This document shows positions 24,997 to 35,768 of a stretch of 64,000 bases of DNA, piece by piece. Source of the stretch: Raillietiella orientalis. Its lineage: Eukaryota. The DNA is taken from the NCBI GenBank assembly GCA_036172245.1, contig JAYWIR010000001.1:9982001-10046000 (forward strand), in the 5' to 3' direction. Positions within the stretch are counted from its first letter, which is position 1; the number at the start of each line of letters is the position of its first letter. A model generated the notes under the pieces. It did not search any database and was not told where the DNA came from. It saw only the letters and a list, made by a program, of their open reading frames with translations. The translations under genes were made by a program, and so were the position numbers.

Positions 24997-26600
24997 TTTT
25001 CACCCGGTCAAGCCGGGGCGTTTATTTAAAAACTTTCGGTATTTGCGGTACAAGGCCCCGCTGCGGCCAATAAAACATAGGGAGCTGCCGGGTTGTCGGT
25101 ACACAGACCGACTTGACACTCCACGTCAGCGGAGGGGGATGGGGAAAACAAAAATAAAAATATAGGAAACTGAAAACACAAAGCCATAGTTCTTTGGAGG
25201 GCCGGGAAGGGATCACTGTCTGATGCGTAGAGTTTCCATCCTTTGCAGGATGCCGACGAGGTCCTTCTGCAGATTTCCCAGGTGGGGCCATCGCGTTGCA
25301 GGGAAGACCCCAGTGCAACAACAGCAGCGCCGTTTCCTGCCACTTGAGGGGGAGTGTGGATGCGTCTCTGAATAACGGGGGCCACTTTAGGTCATCCAAC
25401 GGGATGCCAAGCAGCTCGCCACATCTCTGGATTCCTCGCGGGAGAACGCTTGGGGTCGCGGCGTCTGCCAGTTCCCTCATGGTCCACCCACTTAACTCCT
25501 TCTCCTTGCCCGCTATCCGGCAGGTGACTTGCCACCTCGGTTTCCGGCTGTTATGAAGCGCCCTTCTCAGGAAGGTCAGCGCCGTGGCCAGTGGGGTCGT
25601 CTCCGCCCACGTGCTTCTGGCGGGACACTCGATCATGTTCCGCAGCATGCAGCGGGTGTAGATGCCGGGACGCCGAAGGTTGCAGGATTCTCCACTAGGC
25701 TGGTTTAACTTCGCCCACGTGACAACTGTTTTTTCCAGCCATGCGCTGGAGTTGAGGGGGCTGTAGATCATCCACGCATTCTCCTTCGCCAGGGTGGCTA
25801 TTCGTCCGAGGAGAAGGCCGCATCTTCTTATCTTCCTTCCACGACATAAAAGATGAGATGCAAGTCCTCCCGTTCCGGATACACGTCTGGCGAGGAGGCG
25901 GGCCGGAACACACCAAGGGGTGCTCCACAACTTCGCTGCGATGGCCAAGGTGCGCCATCGCAGCTGGATTTCCAAGCGCTCCAGCGTCAGGAGGCCTAGA
26001 CCACCATCTCGACGCGGAGCGCACAAGTCCATCAAAGGGACTCGGAGCCTCCCCTTGCCCCAAAGGGCGATGCGCAGGAGGTCCTTTGTCCTCTTTTTTA
26101 TCCCTGGACTTGCGCTCTTCGACCGTCTTCCCTCTCTGTGGGAAGGCGCCGTCGGCTCTGGGGCATTTTGCGTGGAAAGGGGGAGGGGAATGCACAGGCA
26201 AACCAGGCGAAGGTGCAGCTCGCCGGTTCCCACGCCTCAGCGATCGGGGTTTCAGAGACGCAGGCAGACCGTCTTCCCTCACGCGAGAAGACGGGAAGGC
26301 AAAAAATGAAGGAGAGGGTGTGGGTGCGGTCTTGGCGTCCGCATCGCCACCTGTCAGAAGAGGACCGCGAAAAGCGGTCGAGACGACGGGTGCGACCCCT
26401 CCCACGAGTTCCGCTGCCAATGCATGCGATGCCAGCTGGGAGAAGGGGGGGGGGTGACCGAAGACTTCTCGCACATCAAAAAAAGAAGAGCTCCCTTCTT
26501 TCAAGCCCCATAACTCCCACGTGGCCGGAGGGAGGAAACGGCACGGCATGAAGTTCGGGGAGCCGGGATCTTCCTGGACCACAGCATCTGATGAGGCGAT
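24997..26600 (-). mobile_element. L1/Tx1-like retroelement, 3' portion (copy A), internally deleted
   Basis: ORF 25022-26233 gives ALWGKGRLRVPLMDLCAPRRDGGLGLL...LPLKWQETALLLLHWGLPCN. An RT-start-like peptide DPGSPNFMPCRF lies near 26550. The conserved 3' terminus reads AATAAACGCCCCGG-CTTGA-CCGGGTGAAAA on the minus strand. Confidence 0.85.
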
Positions 26601-26689
26601 GGATCAGGCGATGGAGCTCTCCGCCTCGGAGGCGAGACTACGGGCCAGAGTGGAGAAGTAGGAAACGGGCGGGATGGGCTCTGCCAGGG

Positions 26690-28155
26690 CAACGGGCTCG
26701 CTCCCAGAAATTCATCTTCCTGGCGGAGCAGCGTGCGAACCTCCTCTCTCTCCCTCCCCCCTCTCCTCCTTCTCCCTTTGCTTTTTGTTTGCCCCACTCC
26801 GGAGAGGATTAGAAAGCGGACGAAGGACCTCATCAGGACCGCTTTTTGTGCAGTCCATGTCGGGACGGTGGTCTCGGCCTCCTCATGCGGAGCCACAGCA
26901 GCTACAGTTGTGGACGCTCGCCTTTGTGACGAAGTCGTGGAGCACCACCTGGTGCGACCTCGCAACTCATTCTCGTCCAGCAGGTCACCGAGAGCATGGG
27001 ACTCCTGTCCTTCCTTGCGCGCTGTCGACGCAACATCTCCCGCTGTGGACTGCAGCTTCGGCGAGTGGCTGCGCTCACCAGGATCAACAGCTGGATCTTC
27101 CGCCGCCCTGCGGACGGTAATGCCTGGTTGCAGGAAGCCGCCCGCGCGTGTGCGAGGAACCAGGGGACATGCACGGGACAGACACAGCGTTCGCTGAGCT
27201 GTTTCCATAACAACAGCTCGCTCCGGGAGATCGCGAAACACCCTCTGAAGTGTGCGTGGGCAAGAAGAACCACCCTTGTTGCAGCGCTGCTCTACCTGAA
27301 GAAACACTTGGGCAGAAGCCTTCCGGCTAGATGGAAGGTTACTGTGAACATCTGTGGAAGAAGGAAGGGACTAGGCATGTGGACGACGGACCAGCTTACA
27401 CTGCGACTCCGAGTGACTCACTCCAAAGACTTTGGCGTTGAGGAGAGCTACTAAGGAAGACCTCCAGAGACCTCCAGTGCTTCTGGACAAACGTACCCTC
27501 CCATTAAAGTGGCAGGAGTCCGCATTGATGATGATGCTGCACTGGGGCTTCCCGTGCAACGCCCTCCGGCATCACTGGACACGGTGTATATGTGGACCGC
27601 AGCTATGGCAGGTGCGGGGAGAGCGATCCCTCGAGCACCTGCTTGTGGGATCGTGTTGCCTTCCGCTCCCTCTGGGAACCCCTTGCCGCGACCCTAGGAA
27701 CCCCCGGCAGCAACTTCAGGGACTCCCTGAAACCCCTCCTCTCTCGCGACGCACTTCGGCCGGCAGTCTCGCCAGCAGCCCTCTGCTGCCTACGCGAGGT
27801 TGAGGAAGTCTGGAGCGACGCAAGGGGAGGGCGGAGCGACAGGAGAGCCACATCCTCTTTACCGTCCGCTTCCTGAGGATGGCAACGGAATGCCCCCCAC
27901 TGTACAATTCCATGAGGCAAGAGCTTGCAGGCATCCACCAAAGGATGCAGACAACCACCCCCAGCAGGACATGACCCCTACCCGCACACCCTCATAGTTT
28001 ATTTATTTTGATTTTCTATCCTGTTGTTTGCCCCATCTCCCCTGGTGCCGGGGTGTACCTCACCGACCCACGAACCGGTAACCCGGCAGGTTTCCGTTAA
28101 ATTACACGTGGTTTGACCACCGGTCCAACCACAGAGACTGTGGTTGAACCGGTTC
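26690..28155 (+). mobile_element. L1/Tx1-like retroelement, 3' portion (copy F), opposite orientation to copy A
   Basis: PLLFVCPTPERIRKRTKDLIRTAF, LPLKWQESALMMMLHWGFPCN and C..RGERSLEHLLVGSC (zinc-knuckle-like), followed by a degenerate version of the family 3'UTR stem-loop at about 28040-28090. Confidence 0.8.
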
Positions 28156-28501
28156 ACTCGTCTGCGCACCTCTGTCCGCACCTTGTCGTCTTCCAGGCTC
28201 CCGCGCGCGGCTCCGCCCTAGCATCAAGAAATCCCTTTCTTTTACGGAGGATCTCAGCGGCTGAGCGACTGGGACGGGTAGCGGAATCCGTGGTCAGTCC
28301 GGAACAGACTTACACTGTCCCCGGGCGAACCATGGAGGCCAACCTGTTCCTCGCCAGCACCTTTTGGCAGTTGCAACAACGCGAGGCTCAGCTAGGTCGG
28401 GGGAGTCCTGGACTCTCCACTGACCGGGGGGAGGGAAGCCAAGGGGAGAAGCGTCTTCCGGAGCCCTTGCGGTCACAGTCGATCTGCGTGAAGCTTTTCG
28501 A

Positions 28502-29422
28502 TTTTCACCCGGATTTCTCCGGGTCGTTTATTAAAAAATAAACTACAGTAAAAATGTCAGCGGCTGCAGCAATGCTGTAGGCAAGCACGAAGAACCACGG
28601 AGCCTGCCAGGTCACCGGTTCGCAGACCGGTACGGTCCACCACGGCAGCAGGGGGGAAGGGGGAAAGATAAAAAACTAAACAAAAAGAAAAAAAGAGTGG
28701 GAGGGTACGGGAAGGGATCATTGTTGCTGCTGGGGCCGCATCATCCTTCTCAGGATGCCGGCAAGCTCTTGCTGCATTTGAGGGGATCCAGGTGGGGCCA
28801 TAGCGACGCCCTCCTCAGGAATTGGGAGGCGAACTGGATGGCATCCTTATCGCGTGGTCCTCCCGTAGCCGTGCTCCATGCGGCGACGATCCCGCGAAGG
28901 CAGCACAATGCTGCTATCGAGGCCGCTGGCTGAAGGACTTCGGCAACGAAGAGGGCTTTCAATGCGTCCCTGGGGTTGCCACAGGGGATACCGATGGCCG
29001 CGGCAAAGAGGAAGCAAATGGGCCGAAAGGCAACACGATCCACTAAGAGGTGGGGGAGGGACTCCCGTTCCCTTCACCTCACACAGTTGGGATCGACCGC
29101 TCCCCAGGTCCAGTGGTGTCGGTGGGCGTTGCAGGGGAATCCGCAGTGCTGCAATAGTAGAGCCGACTCCTGCCATTTTAAGGGGAGGGTGGAAATGTTC
29201 ATAAGAACCGGGGGTCACTTCAGATGTTCAATCGGAACATCGAGCAGCGCTCCCCAGCGCAGAAGTCCATTGGGAGGCGTACTCGGGGTCGCAGCGTCTG
29301 TTAACTGGCCCGTCTTCCACTCTCCCTGCTTCTTCTCATTCCCGAAGATTTTTATCCTAACCTCCCACTTTGCCGCAACATCGCTGTTTTGATCTTCTAC
29401 TAGGGAGGCCAGCGCAGCAGCA
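28502..29422 (-). mobile_element. 5'-truncated L1/Tx1-like copy B with 13-bp target-site duplication
   Basis: Family 3' terminus at 28502-28532 and C-terminal ORF remnants (CGNPRDALKALF...ALCCLRGIV). Flanked by GTGAAGCTT(T)TCGA at 28488-28501 and GTGAAGCTTTCGA at 29423-29435. Confidence 0.9.
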
Positions 29423-29435
29423 GTGAAGCTTTCGA

Positions 29436-29922
29436 TTTTCACCCGGATTTCGCCGGGGCGTTTATTGTAAAATAAACATTTACAAAGACGTGCGGTGGCT
29501 GGACCATTGCTCCAGCCACGCACGAAGAAACACAGAGCCTGCCGGGTCACCGGTTCACAGACCGGTACGGTCCACCACGGCAGCAGGGGGAAGGGGGAAA
29601 AAACAAAAACAAAACAAAAAGAAAAGAAAAAACTGGGAGGGTAAGGGAAGGGATCACAGTTGCTGGTGGGGCCGTTGCATCCTTTGCAGGATGCCGGCAA
29701 GCTCCCTCTGTATTCCTGGATCCAGGTGGGGCCATCGGGACGCCCTCCTCAGGAACTGGGAGGCTGGCTGGATGGCACCCTGGTCGTGTGGTCCTCCCGT
29801 AGCCTTACTCCAGGCGGCGACGATCCCGCGAAGGCAGCACAGGGCTGCTAACGAGGCTGCTGGCCGAAGGGCGTCGGCAACGAAGAGGGCTTTCAGTACG
29901 TCCCTGGGGTTGCCGCAGGGGA
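29436..29922 (-). mobile_element. 5'-truncated L1/Tx1-like copy C with 13-bp target-site duplication
   Basis: Family 3' terminus at 29436-29466 and CGNPRDVLKALF...ALCCLRGIV. Flanked by GTGAAGCTTTCGA at 29423-29435 and 29923-29935. Confidence 0.9.
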
Positions 29923-30740
29923 GTGAAGCTTTCGACTGCGTCGACCAGGATCTCCTTTTGGAGCTTCTGGAACACATGGGATTTCCGGCCGTCTTCCTGG
30001 CCTACCTGCGCTCCTGCTGGCGCTTCGCGTTTATTAACATTAATTTCAGCGGCCGGCATGTGTACGGCGTGCCGGTTCGTCGCGGCATCCTGCAGGGTGA
30101 CAGCCTCAGCCCCCTGCTCTTCAGCATCTTCTTTGAGTTGGTGCTGAGAGCATACAGGGAGACTTTGGCAACCCTGCCGAGCTCATATCTCGGCACGCCT
30201 GCCGTGTCGGCCTATGCCGACGACCTTCTGCTCCTGCTCCCCAGGTCCACCCCGGCATGGGCGCTCGAGGATTTCTTCGAGTTGCTGCGCCGTGGGACAG
30301 GCCTCGAGGTAAACAGGGAGAAGTCGTCGATCATTGAATCGGACTCGTCGCGGGCAGGACGGTCGGACTGGATTCGGTTGGGGATCCCCACGGGCGGGTA
30401 TATCAAGTACCTCGGCGTTCTGTTGGGGGACTTCTGCATCGCAGAAGCCTGGTCCGACCGTCTCCAAAAGGTGGAGTTGGCGATCGGCCCGTTCCGGGAC
30501 GGCAAGTTCTACTTGCAGGAACGGGCTGCGGTGTGGAACGCCTTTGCGACCCCCCTCCTTCGCCCCCTACTTTTTGTGTGTCCCGCCCCTCCCCAAATTA
30601 GGACAAGGACAAGGGGCCTCATAAGAAAAGCCCTCTGGGGCAACCGGAGGCCCCGCGTCCGGCTTAAAGACTTGTGCGCTCCACGCAGGGACGGTGGACT
30701 TGGTCTCCTGACGTTGGAGCGGATGGAAACGCCGCTGAGG

Positions 30741-31550
30741 TTTTTCACCCGGGTGAGCCGGGGCTTTTATTACTAAAACTTTTTACAAGAAAAAAAATTC
30801 TATAATAAAGTCCTTTTCTTTTCACTGTTTTGAATGATTTTTTTCAGCCGTAGCACGTTCCGACTGTCTTGGGGCACTTGTCCTTGCCGACCCGTAGACC
30901 GATAAAGTCCTCCACATTGGCGCAGGGGCGGGAAAAATACAAATAAAACAAAAAAAAGAAAAACGCCTGGGGGGGAAAATGTTTTTTGGGAGGGGAGGAA
31001 AGGGAGGAGATCACGGTACGCCGCGAGGAGGCCTCTGCATCCGGTTTAGGATGCGAACAAGTGCCGGTAAATGTTTTTCAAGTCAGCGCCAACGGGAAGC
31101 CTTCACCAACGAGATGACTACCAAGTGGATGGCATTCCGACTGCTGCGGCCTCTTCTTGACGCGTTCCACTTGTCCAATATTCCTCGTATGCAGCAGAGA
31201 ACTTCAACACACGCGGCACCTGACACGCAGTTCCGCATCAGGAGGAGACGAAAAATAGTTTTAGGGTCGCCCACAGGAACGTTTAGTGCCGAATAGGATC
31301 GATCGCACGTTCGGCGGAGCGCAACACATTCGATGAGTAAGTGGGAGAAGGTCTCCCTTTCCCCGCACTCTGCACAATTGGCATCCACACTCCCCGATGT
31401 CCAGTGAGACAGGAGTTCTCTGCTTAAAAGTCCCCAATGGAGCAGAAGCAATGCCGTCTCCTGCCACTGCAGGGGAAGGGTGCTGTTGTCCCATGACTCT
31501 GAGGGCCACTTCACCTCCACCGGAGGCATGTCGAGCAGCTCGCCCAGCGT
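30741..31550 (-). mobile_element. 5'-truncated L1/Tx1-like copy D (divergent subfamily)
   Basis: ORF 31083-31529 gives LPLQWQETALLLLHWGL...CAECGERETFSHLLIEC (CCHC finger). The 3' terminus reads AATAAAAGCCCCGG-CTCAC-CCGGGTGAAAAA. It truncates the host RT ORF just after GGLGLLTLERMETPLR. Confidence 0.85.
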
Positions 31551-32237
31551 GCAGTCCAGACCGAGGCCACCGTTCCAGTGCTGGCAAAAGGGGAGGAGGG
31601 GTTAAAAGGGGAAAGACGAGATCACGATGAAGGGTTGCCTAGGAGCTGCCCGGCAGGCTGGGAAAAGATACGGGGAAAGGTGGGAGGAAAGGGAAAGGTG
31701 AGCAGAAGCTGCAGATGAGCATTTCGAAGGTAAAGGGTGGAGGGAACGCGGGAACGCATCTTCACGGGATCTGCGCTACCCTGGTGACCCCGATCGGTGG
31801 TGGCGGAGGAGGCGCTTTCTCCTCCACCACGCATCTCCGAAACATCGGGATCCTCTCCTTCGCGGGACCGCGGCAATCCCCCGCTTACGCTTTGCTGCCC
31901 TCTGCCGGCAGCTTCCCGCCAGCGGAAGCCGCGGGCGAAGGCGCGCCGGCGCGGGGGAAGAAGCGTGCCGGACTTTTCGCGTCGTTGGCGTCGAAGGGTG
32001 TCCTCCCGTCTGGAACGCACGAGATCGAGGACCCAGCGGCGGGCGCCCCGCTGCGGACGGTCGACCCTGAAGCCAGGCACGTCGCGAACACCTTCCGGGA
32101 CGTACGGCGACGAGCGCGCCACCACGCGAGCCCGGACCCGGCGCCGAGTTTCACTTTCCTCGCGCTTTCCCGCACCGATGCGCGCGCGCTGAAATTCATT
32201 GCAGCTCCTGACGCGGGCTCGGTCTCGAGGTGAGGTG

Positions 32238-32441
32238 TTGTCACCCGGGTACGCCCGGAGCGTTTATTTAAAACTCTACAAACGTGGTACGAGGCCCCAG
32301 TACGGCCATGGACACCGGACCTGCCGGGACGCCGGGACGCAGCCCGGCGTGACTCTCCTCGGCAGTGGAAGGGGATGGGGGAGAAAACAAAAATAAAAAT
32401 AAAAATGAGAAACAAAAAGATTTTGGAGGGAGGGGAAGGGA
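32238..32441 (-). mobile_element. 204-bp 3'UTR-only retrocopy (copy E) with 13-bp target-site duplication
   Basis: Family stem-loop and terminus are present. Flanked by TCGAGGTGAGGTG at 32225-32237 and 32442-32454. Confidence 0.88.
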
Positions 32442-32648
32442 TCGAGGTGAGGTGAGGGGAGGCTGCGTTGGCGGGGACGTCTGGAAGCGGGAGCGAAACG
32501 AGAAGTTTGAACGGAGGAACGTCGTCACCAGGGTCAACGCGATCCGTCCCCACGCTTGGTTTCCAAGCAGGCGACTTACGACCGAGGAATCCGACTGGGG
32601 CTTGTGCTCCCTTCTCCCCCCCCCCACTCGGGGAGGAGGAAGAGGAAG

Positions 32649-32818
32649 TTTAGAAAATCCAAATGTTCGCGACGTGCCGCGAGAAAGTACGCGAGTCGTC
32701 TATTGTTTCCAAGGGCAACAGTGTTCGGAGCATTGTTGCCGAACACAACAATGCTGTTTCCCGGAGGTAAAAATAGAATTCGACACTCCGCTGCATGCTG
32801 GAGGGCAGGAGCGCAGCG
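32649..32818 (+). repeat. Direct repeat copy 1 (partner at 35551-35768)
   Basis: Shared blocks TTTAGAAAATCCAAATGTTCGCG, CCAAGGGCAACA, AACACAACAATGCT, AAAATAGAATTCGACACTC and CAGGAGCGCAGCG. Confidence 0.85.
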
Positions 32819-35550
32819 GACCTCGCTTTTCTGCTTTGGCACGTGGGCGCTTCGGCGCCGAGCCGAGGCAAAAGAGAGCGTCTTCTGGGAACAAGAGGCT
32901 TCTCGTGGATATGCGGCAGAGGGAAAACTCGGCCGCATATTCGCGAGAGGTGCGGAGCAGCTCGGCTTTATCGGCTTGCACGATTTCCCGTTCCCGCGCC
33001 GTGGGCAGTTGCTGGGGTAGTCCATCACCGGGCACTTGGCGAGCGTTTCGACGAACATGGGGAGGGGGAGGGGAAGAAGCAAAGAAGAGAGAGAGAGAGA
33101 AAATGTATCCCATTTGCGACAGGTGCGTCTCCCTAGAACGCATATCCTTCAGCGTACACCCGCGCGAATACACTGCATACGGACCACGCGCCCAGTCGGC
33201 CGCAGGTGTCACTTCAACTGCGAATCCAAATTTAGCACGGTGGGGGAAGGGGGGAAGAGGTTCACGGGAAAAGGAAGCGCTTATTGCGGCCGTCCGCCGC
33301 CGTCCACGCGGGCAAACGGCCTTTTTTTTTTCATTTCACACGCCGGCCGTTTGCGAAGGCGACCTTCGCGGCTTGTCCGTTGGGCACGTACGGAAAAGGC
33401 GGAAACCAAACACACAGAAGAGGAAGAGGGAAAAAAAACAGTTTTCACTGCAGTTAATGATTCGCTTAACATCGTCGGCAGGGAGAAGTTTTCGGATGCG
33501 GCTCCTCCAGCAGGGGCGGTTCTTCGCTTTGCGGTTTGGCTTCGCGGGCGGAGCGGGAAATGTGGCGCAAGTCTGGAAGGATCAGCACTTTGTGAGAACT
33601 CGAGAACGGGTCGCGGAATGCGTCGGCTCGGGGATTTACCGTCGGCTGCCTGGGTAACGTCCTATCTGGTCCGTTGAACTGACATTATTTGCACTCGGCT
33701 ACTGGGATGATTCCTTCTTGCTCGCCTCCATGTTTCTTTAACCCGGCTTCGTTACAACTTTTATTTTTGTGTGCAGAGCGAGTTGCTTTGGAAGGAAGCG
33801 CACGACGGATGCTTACGTCACGTCGAACAGCCCTGAAGCAAACAAATCATGCAGGCGCGGGTCACACAAGTACACTATAAGGCACGACGCGAGTATGAAG
33901 ATGCGAGTTCGAAGACGCGCACTGCTGAGGTCCAAGACGGCGTGCCACCATTTTGTTTCCAGTTCACGACATTCCATGTACTGTCGAAATGTACTGTGGT
34001 TGTAGCGTATGTACAGCAGACTCGCGGGTAAATTCTCAACGGATACTACACCCCACCAGCAGCTTCTCTTCGTCATGTTTTTTCACCAGTAGTTATGGGG
34101 AGCGCTGTAAATTAAGTTTCTGGCAAAATAAGTGCCAAGAGTGTGTAGCGGTTTGCGTGTTTGAAGGGTATTGCAATGTATAAGATGTAAACGGCTCGCA
34201 AATGTGTTTAGCAGAAGGATGTAATGAATTCCAGAAGTGCGATTCCTCTGCGTCGTACGCATCAGAATGGAAGAGGCGAGTCAAAGAACGCAGTACCGTT
34301 TTGTACACGTGTATAAGAGTACCGTAATGTTTTCGGCAAACACTAAATGAGCCCGTGTTTATTTACTCTTTCCGTTCTTTCAGCGCGCGAGCTCAGAGCT
34401 ACGGGAGCGAGGGGGCTGCGCGCGTTTCGATCGCGCAGGATGTCTTTTGTCTCACGGAAGAGTCTAGAAGATTTCCCCGCTGCAGAACGAACCTCTAGCG
34501 AACTCGACGGCAACCGTTTGGTTCGTTTCCACGTGGGGGTTGGAATTCCGTTGTGCATGGGAACGCGATTCATAACAAATTCGGTCGCTTAATGGCTCGG
34601 GAGCTTCCCATCTATTATTTCTGATTTCATGGTTTTCTACGATCGCTCCGCGTATTTTCCTTACATCAGGGGAAAACGCGAGTCCAAGGCGGCATCCACG
34701 GCTTTGTGATTAAGAGGGGATCACGTGCATCTAATGTAAAAGCGATTCCTGTATGCTGGGATCCACGTGGAATGCATCCCAAAGAGGTGGCTGCTTTGGA
34801 ATGGAACAAAGATAAGCAGATGGTGGAAAAATTCGCTTCAAAGAGATCTGACGACGCAAGAGAAGCATTCCGGGAGATTGTGTAGTCTTCGCCGGTTCCT
34901 GTGCTTGCGACCAGATGTCTTCATCCGATCTCAATTTGTGCTCGAATCGATTTCCTTGGGGAATCGGATTCGGAAGTCACTCGGGGACCTCTGACCTTTA
35001 AAGGGTGCTGCTGCCCTGTGCTGCTTCAACTTTGCTTTTAATTTCGGAAATGCAGGAAACTTGGCTGAGCTCTGCAGCATCCGAGCGAACCAACTGTTGC
35101 CAAATAAATGGAAGCCCTGCCCTCGTAGGCTAACAGAAAAGGTAAAACTTGCAAAGAAATTCGATCCTTCCAAGGGGTTAACTAGGGGGAGCATTCGTGA
35201 GACCGTGTCAACGAGCGTCTCCTCCGAATTGCAGGCCTCCCCAGCGAACAGACTGCATCGTGGTTTATTGCCGTGAAAAGTGTGATGGGAACTGCAGCGG
35301 GGTAGTACCGCTGAACGAAGCGACTCTTCGCTTCCACGCTGGGATTCACCGGGAGCACGGACGAAAGTTTTAACACGTAACCGTTGGCAACTTATATGAT
35401 GCATGTTGAGTGGCGATATCTAGGAAAGATACACATCGAGTCGTTGGTGTTAAAACCTGCCTCCCGGTTAATGGACGGGCGAGAGAGAGGAGGAAACAAA
35501 GAAATAGACAAACGTCAGCATTTAAAATGTAGAAGCTAAATTTTTTTAAA

Positions 35551-35768
35551 TTTAGAAAATCCAAATGTTCGCGGCGTGCAGGGAGAAAGCACGCGCGTCG
35601 CTGATTGTTCCCAAGGGCAACAATGTTCTGAACACAACAATGCTAGCACGCAGCAGAGTGTCGAATTCTATTTTCATCTCCGGGAAACTCACAACAATGC
35701 TCTGGGTTTCCAGGAGATGAAAATAGAATTCGACACTCTGCTGCGCGCTAGTGGACAGGAGCGCAGCG
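35551..35768 (+). repeat. Direct repeat copy 2, containing a 46-bp-arm inverted duplication
   Basis: Same blocks as 32649-32818, plus fold-back arms 35643-35688 and 35706-35751 (44/46 complementary). Confidence 0.85.

Larger units (their letters stand above)
28250..30740 (+). mobile_element. L1/Tx1-like reverse transcriptase fragment (host element) interrupted by two nested insertions
   Basis: Left part: AAERLGRVAESVVSPEQTYTVPGRTMEANL...ALAVTVDLREAF. Right part from 29923: EAFDCVDQ...RRGILQGDSLSPLLF...SAYADDLL...GLEVNREKS...IKYLGV...APRRDGGLGLL. These are RT motifs 2-7 in order once 28502-29935 is removed. Confidence 0.92.

Noticed and set aside
29436-29620. Hammerhead, HDV or twister ribozyme in the 3'UTR structure
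   Set aside because: No catalytic core consensus (e.g. CUGANGA/GAAA) or pseudoknot was recognisable by eye. It is kept only as an unassigned structure.
28488-29935. CRISPR-like repeat-spacer array
   Set aside because: The repeats are 13 bp, the inserts are 0.5-0.9 kb homologous retroelement pieces and there are no cas genes. Target-site duplications explain it.
29436-30740. Twin-priming 5' inversion as the origin of the opposed RT and 3' fragments
   Set aside because: The TSDs and the restored DLREAFD motif show nested insertion into a pre-existing + strand RT.
29490-30776. A single intact 428-aa RT gene
   Set aside because: The N-terminal third is the antisense of inserted copy C, fused in frame by chance. 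The RT is split upstream and truncated downstream.
32365-33657. 430-aa ORF as a real protein gene
   Set aside because: It runs through a retrocopy, a TSD, a repeat and simple sequence, with no recognisable domain.
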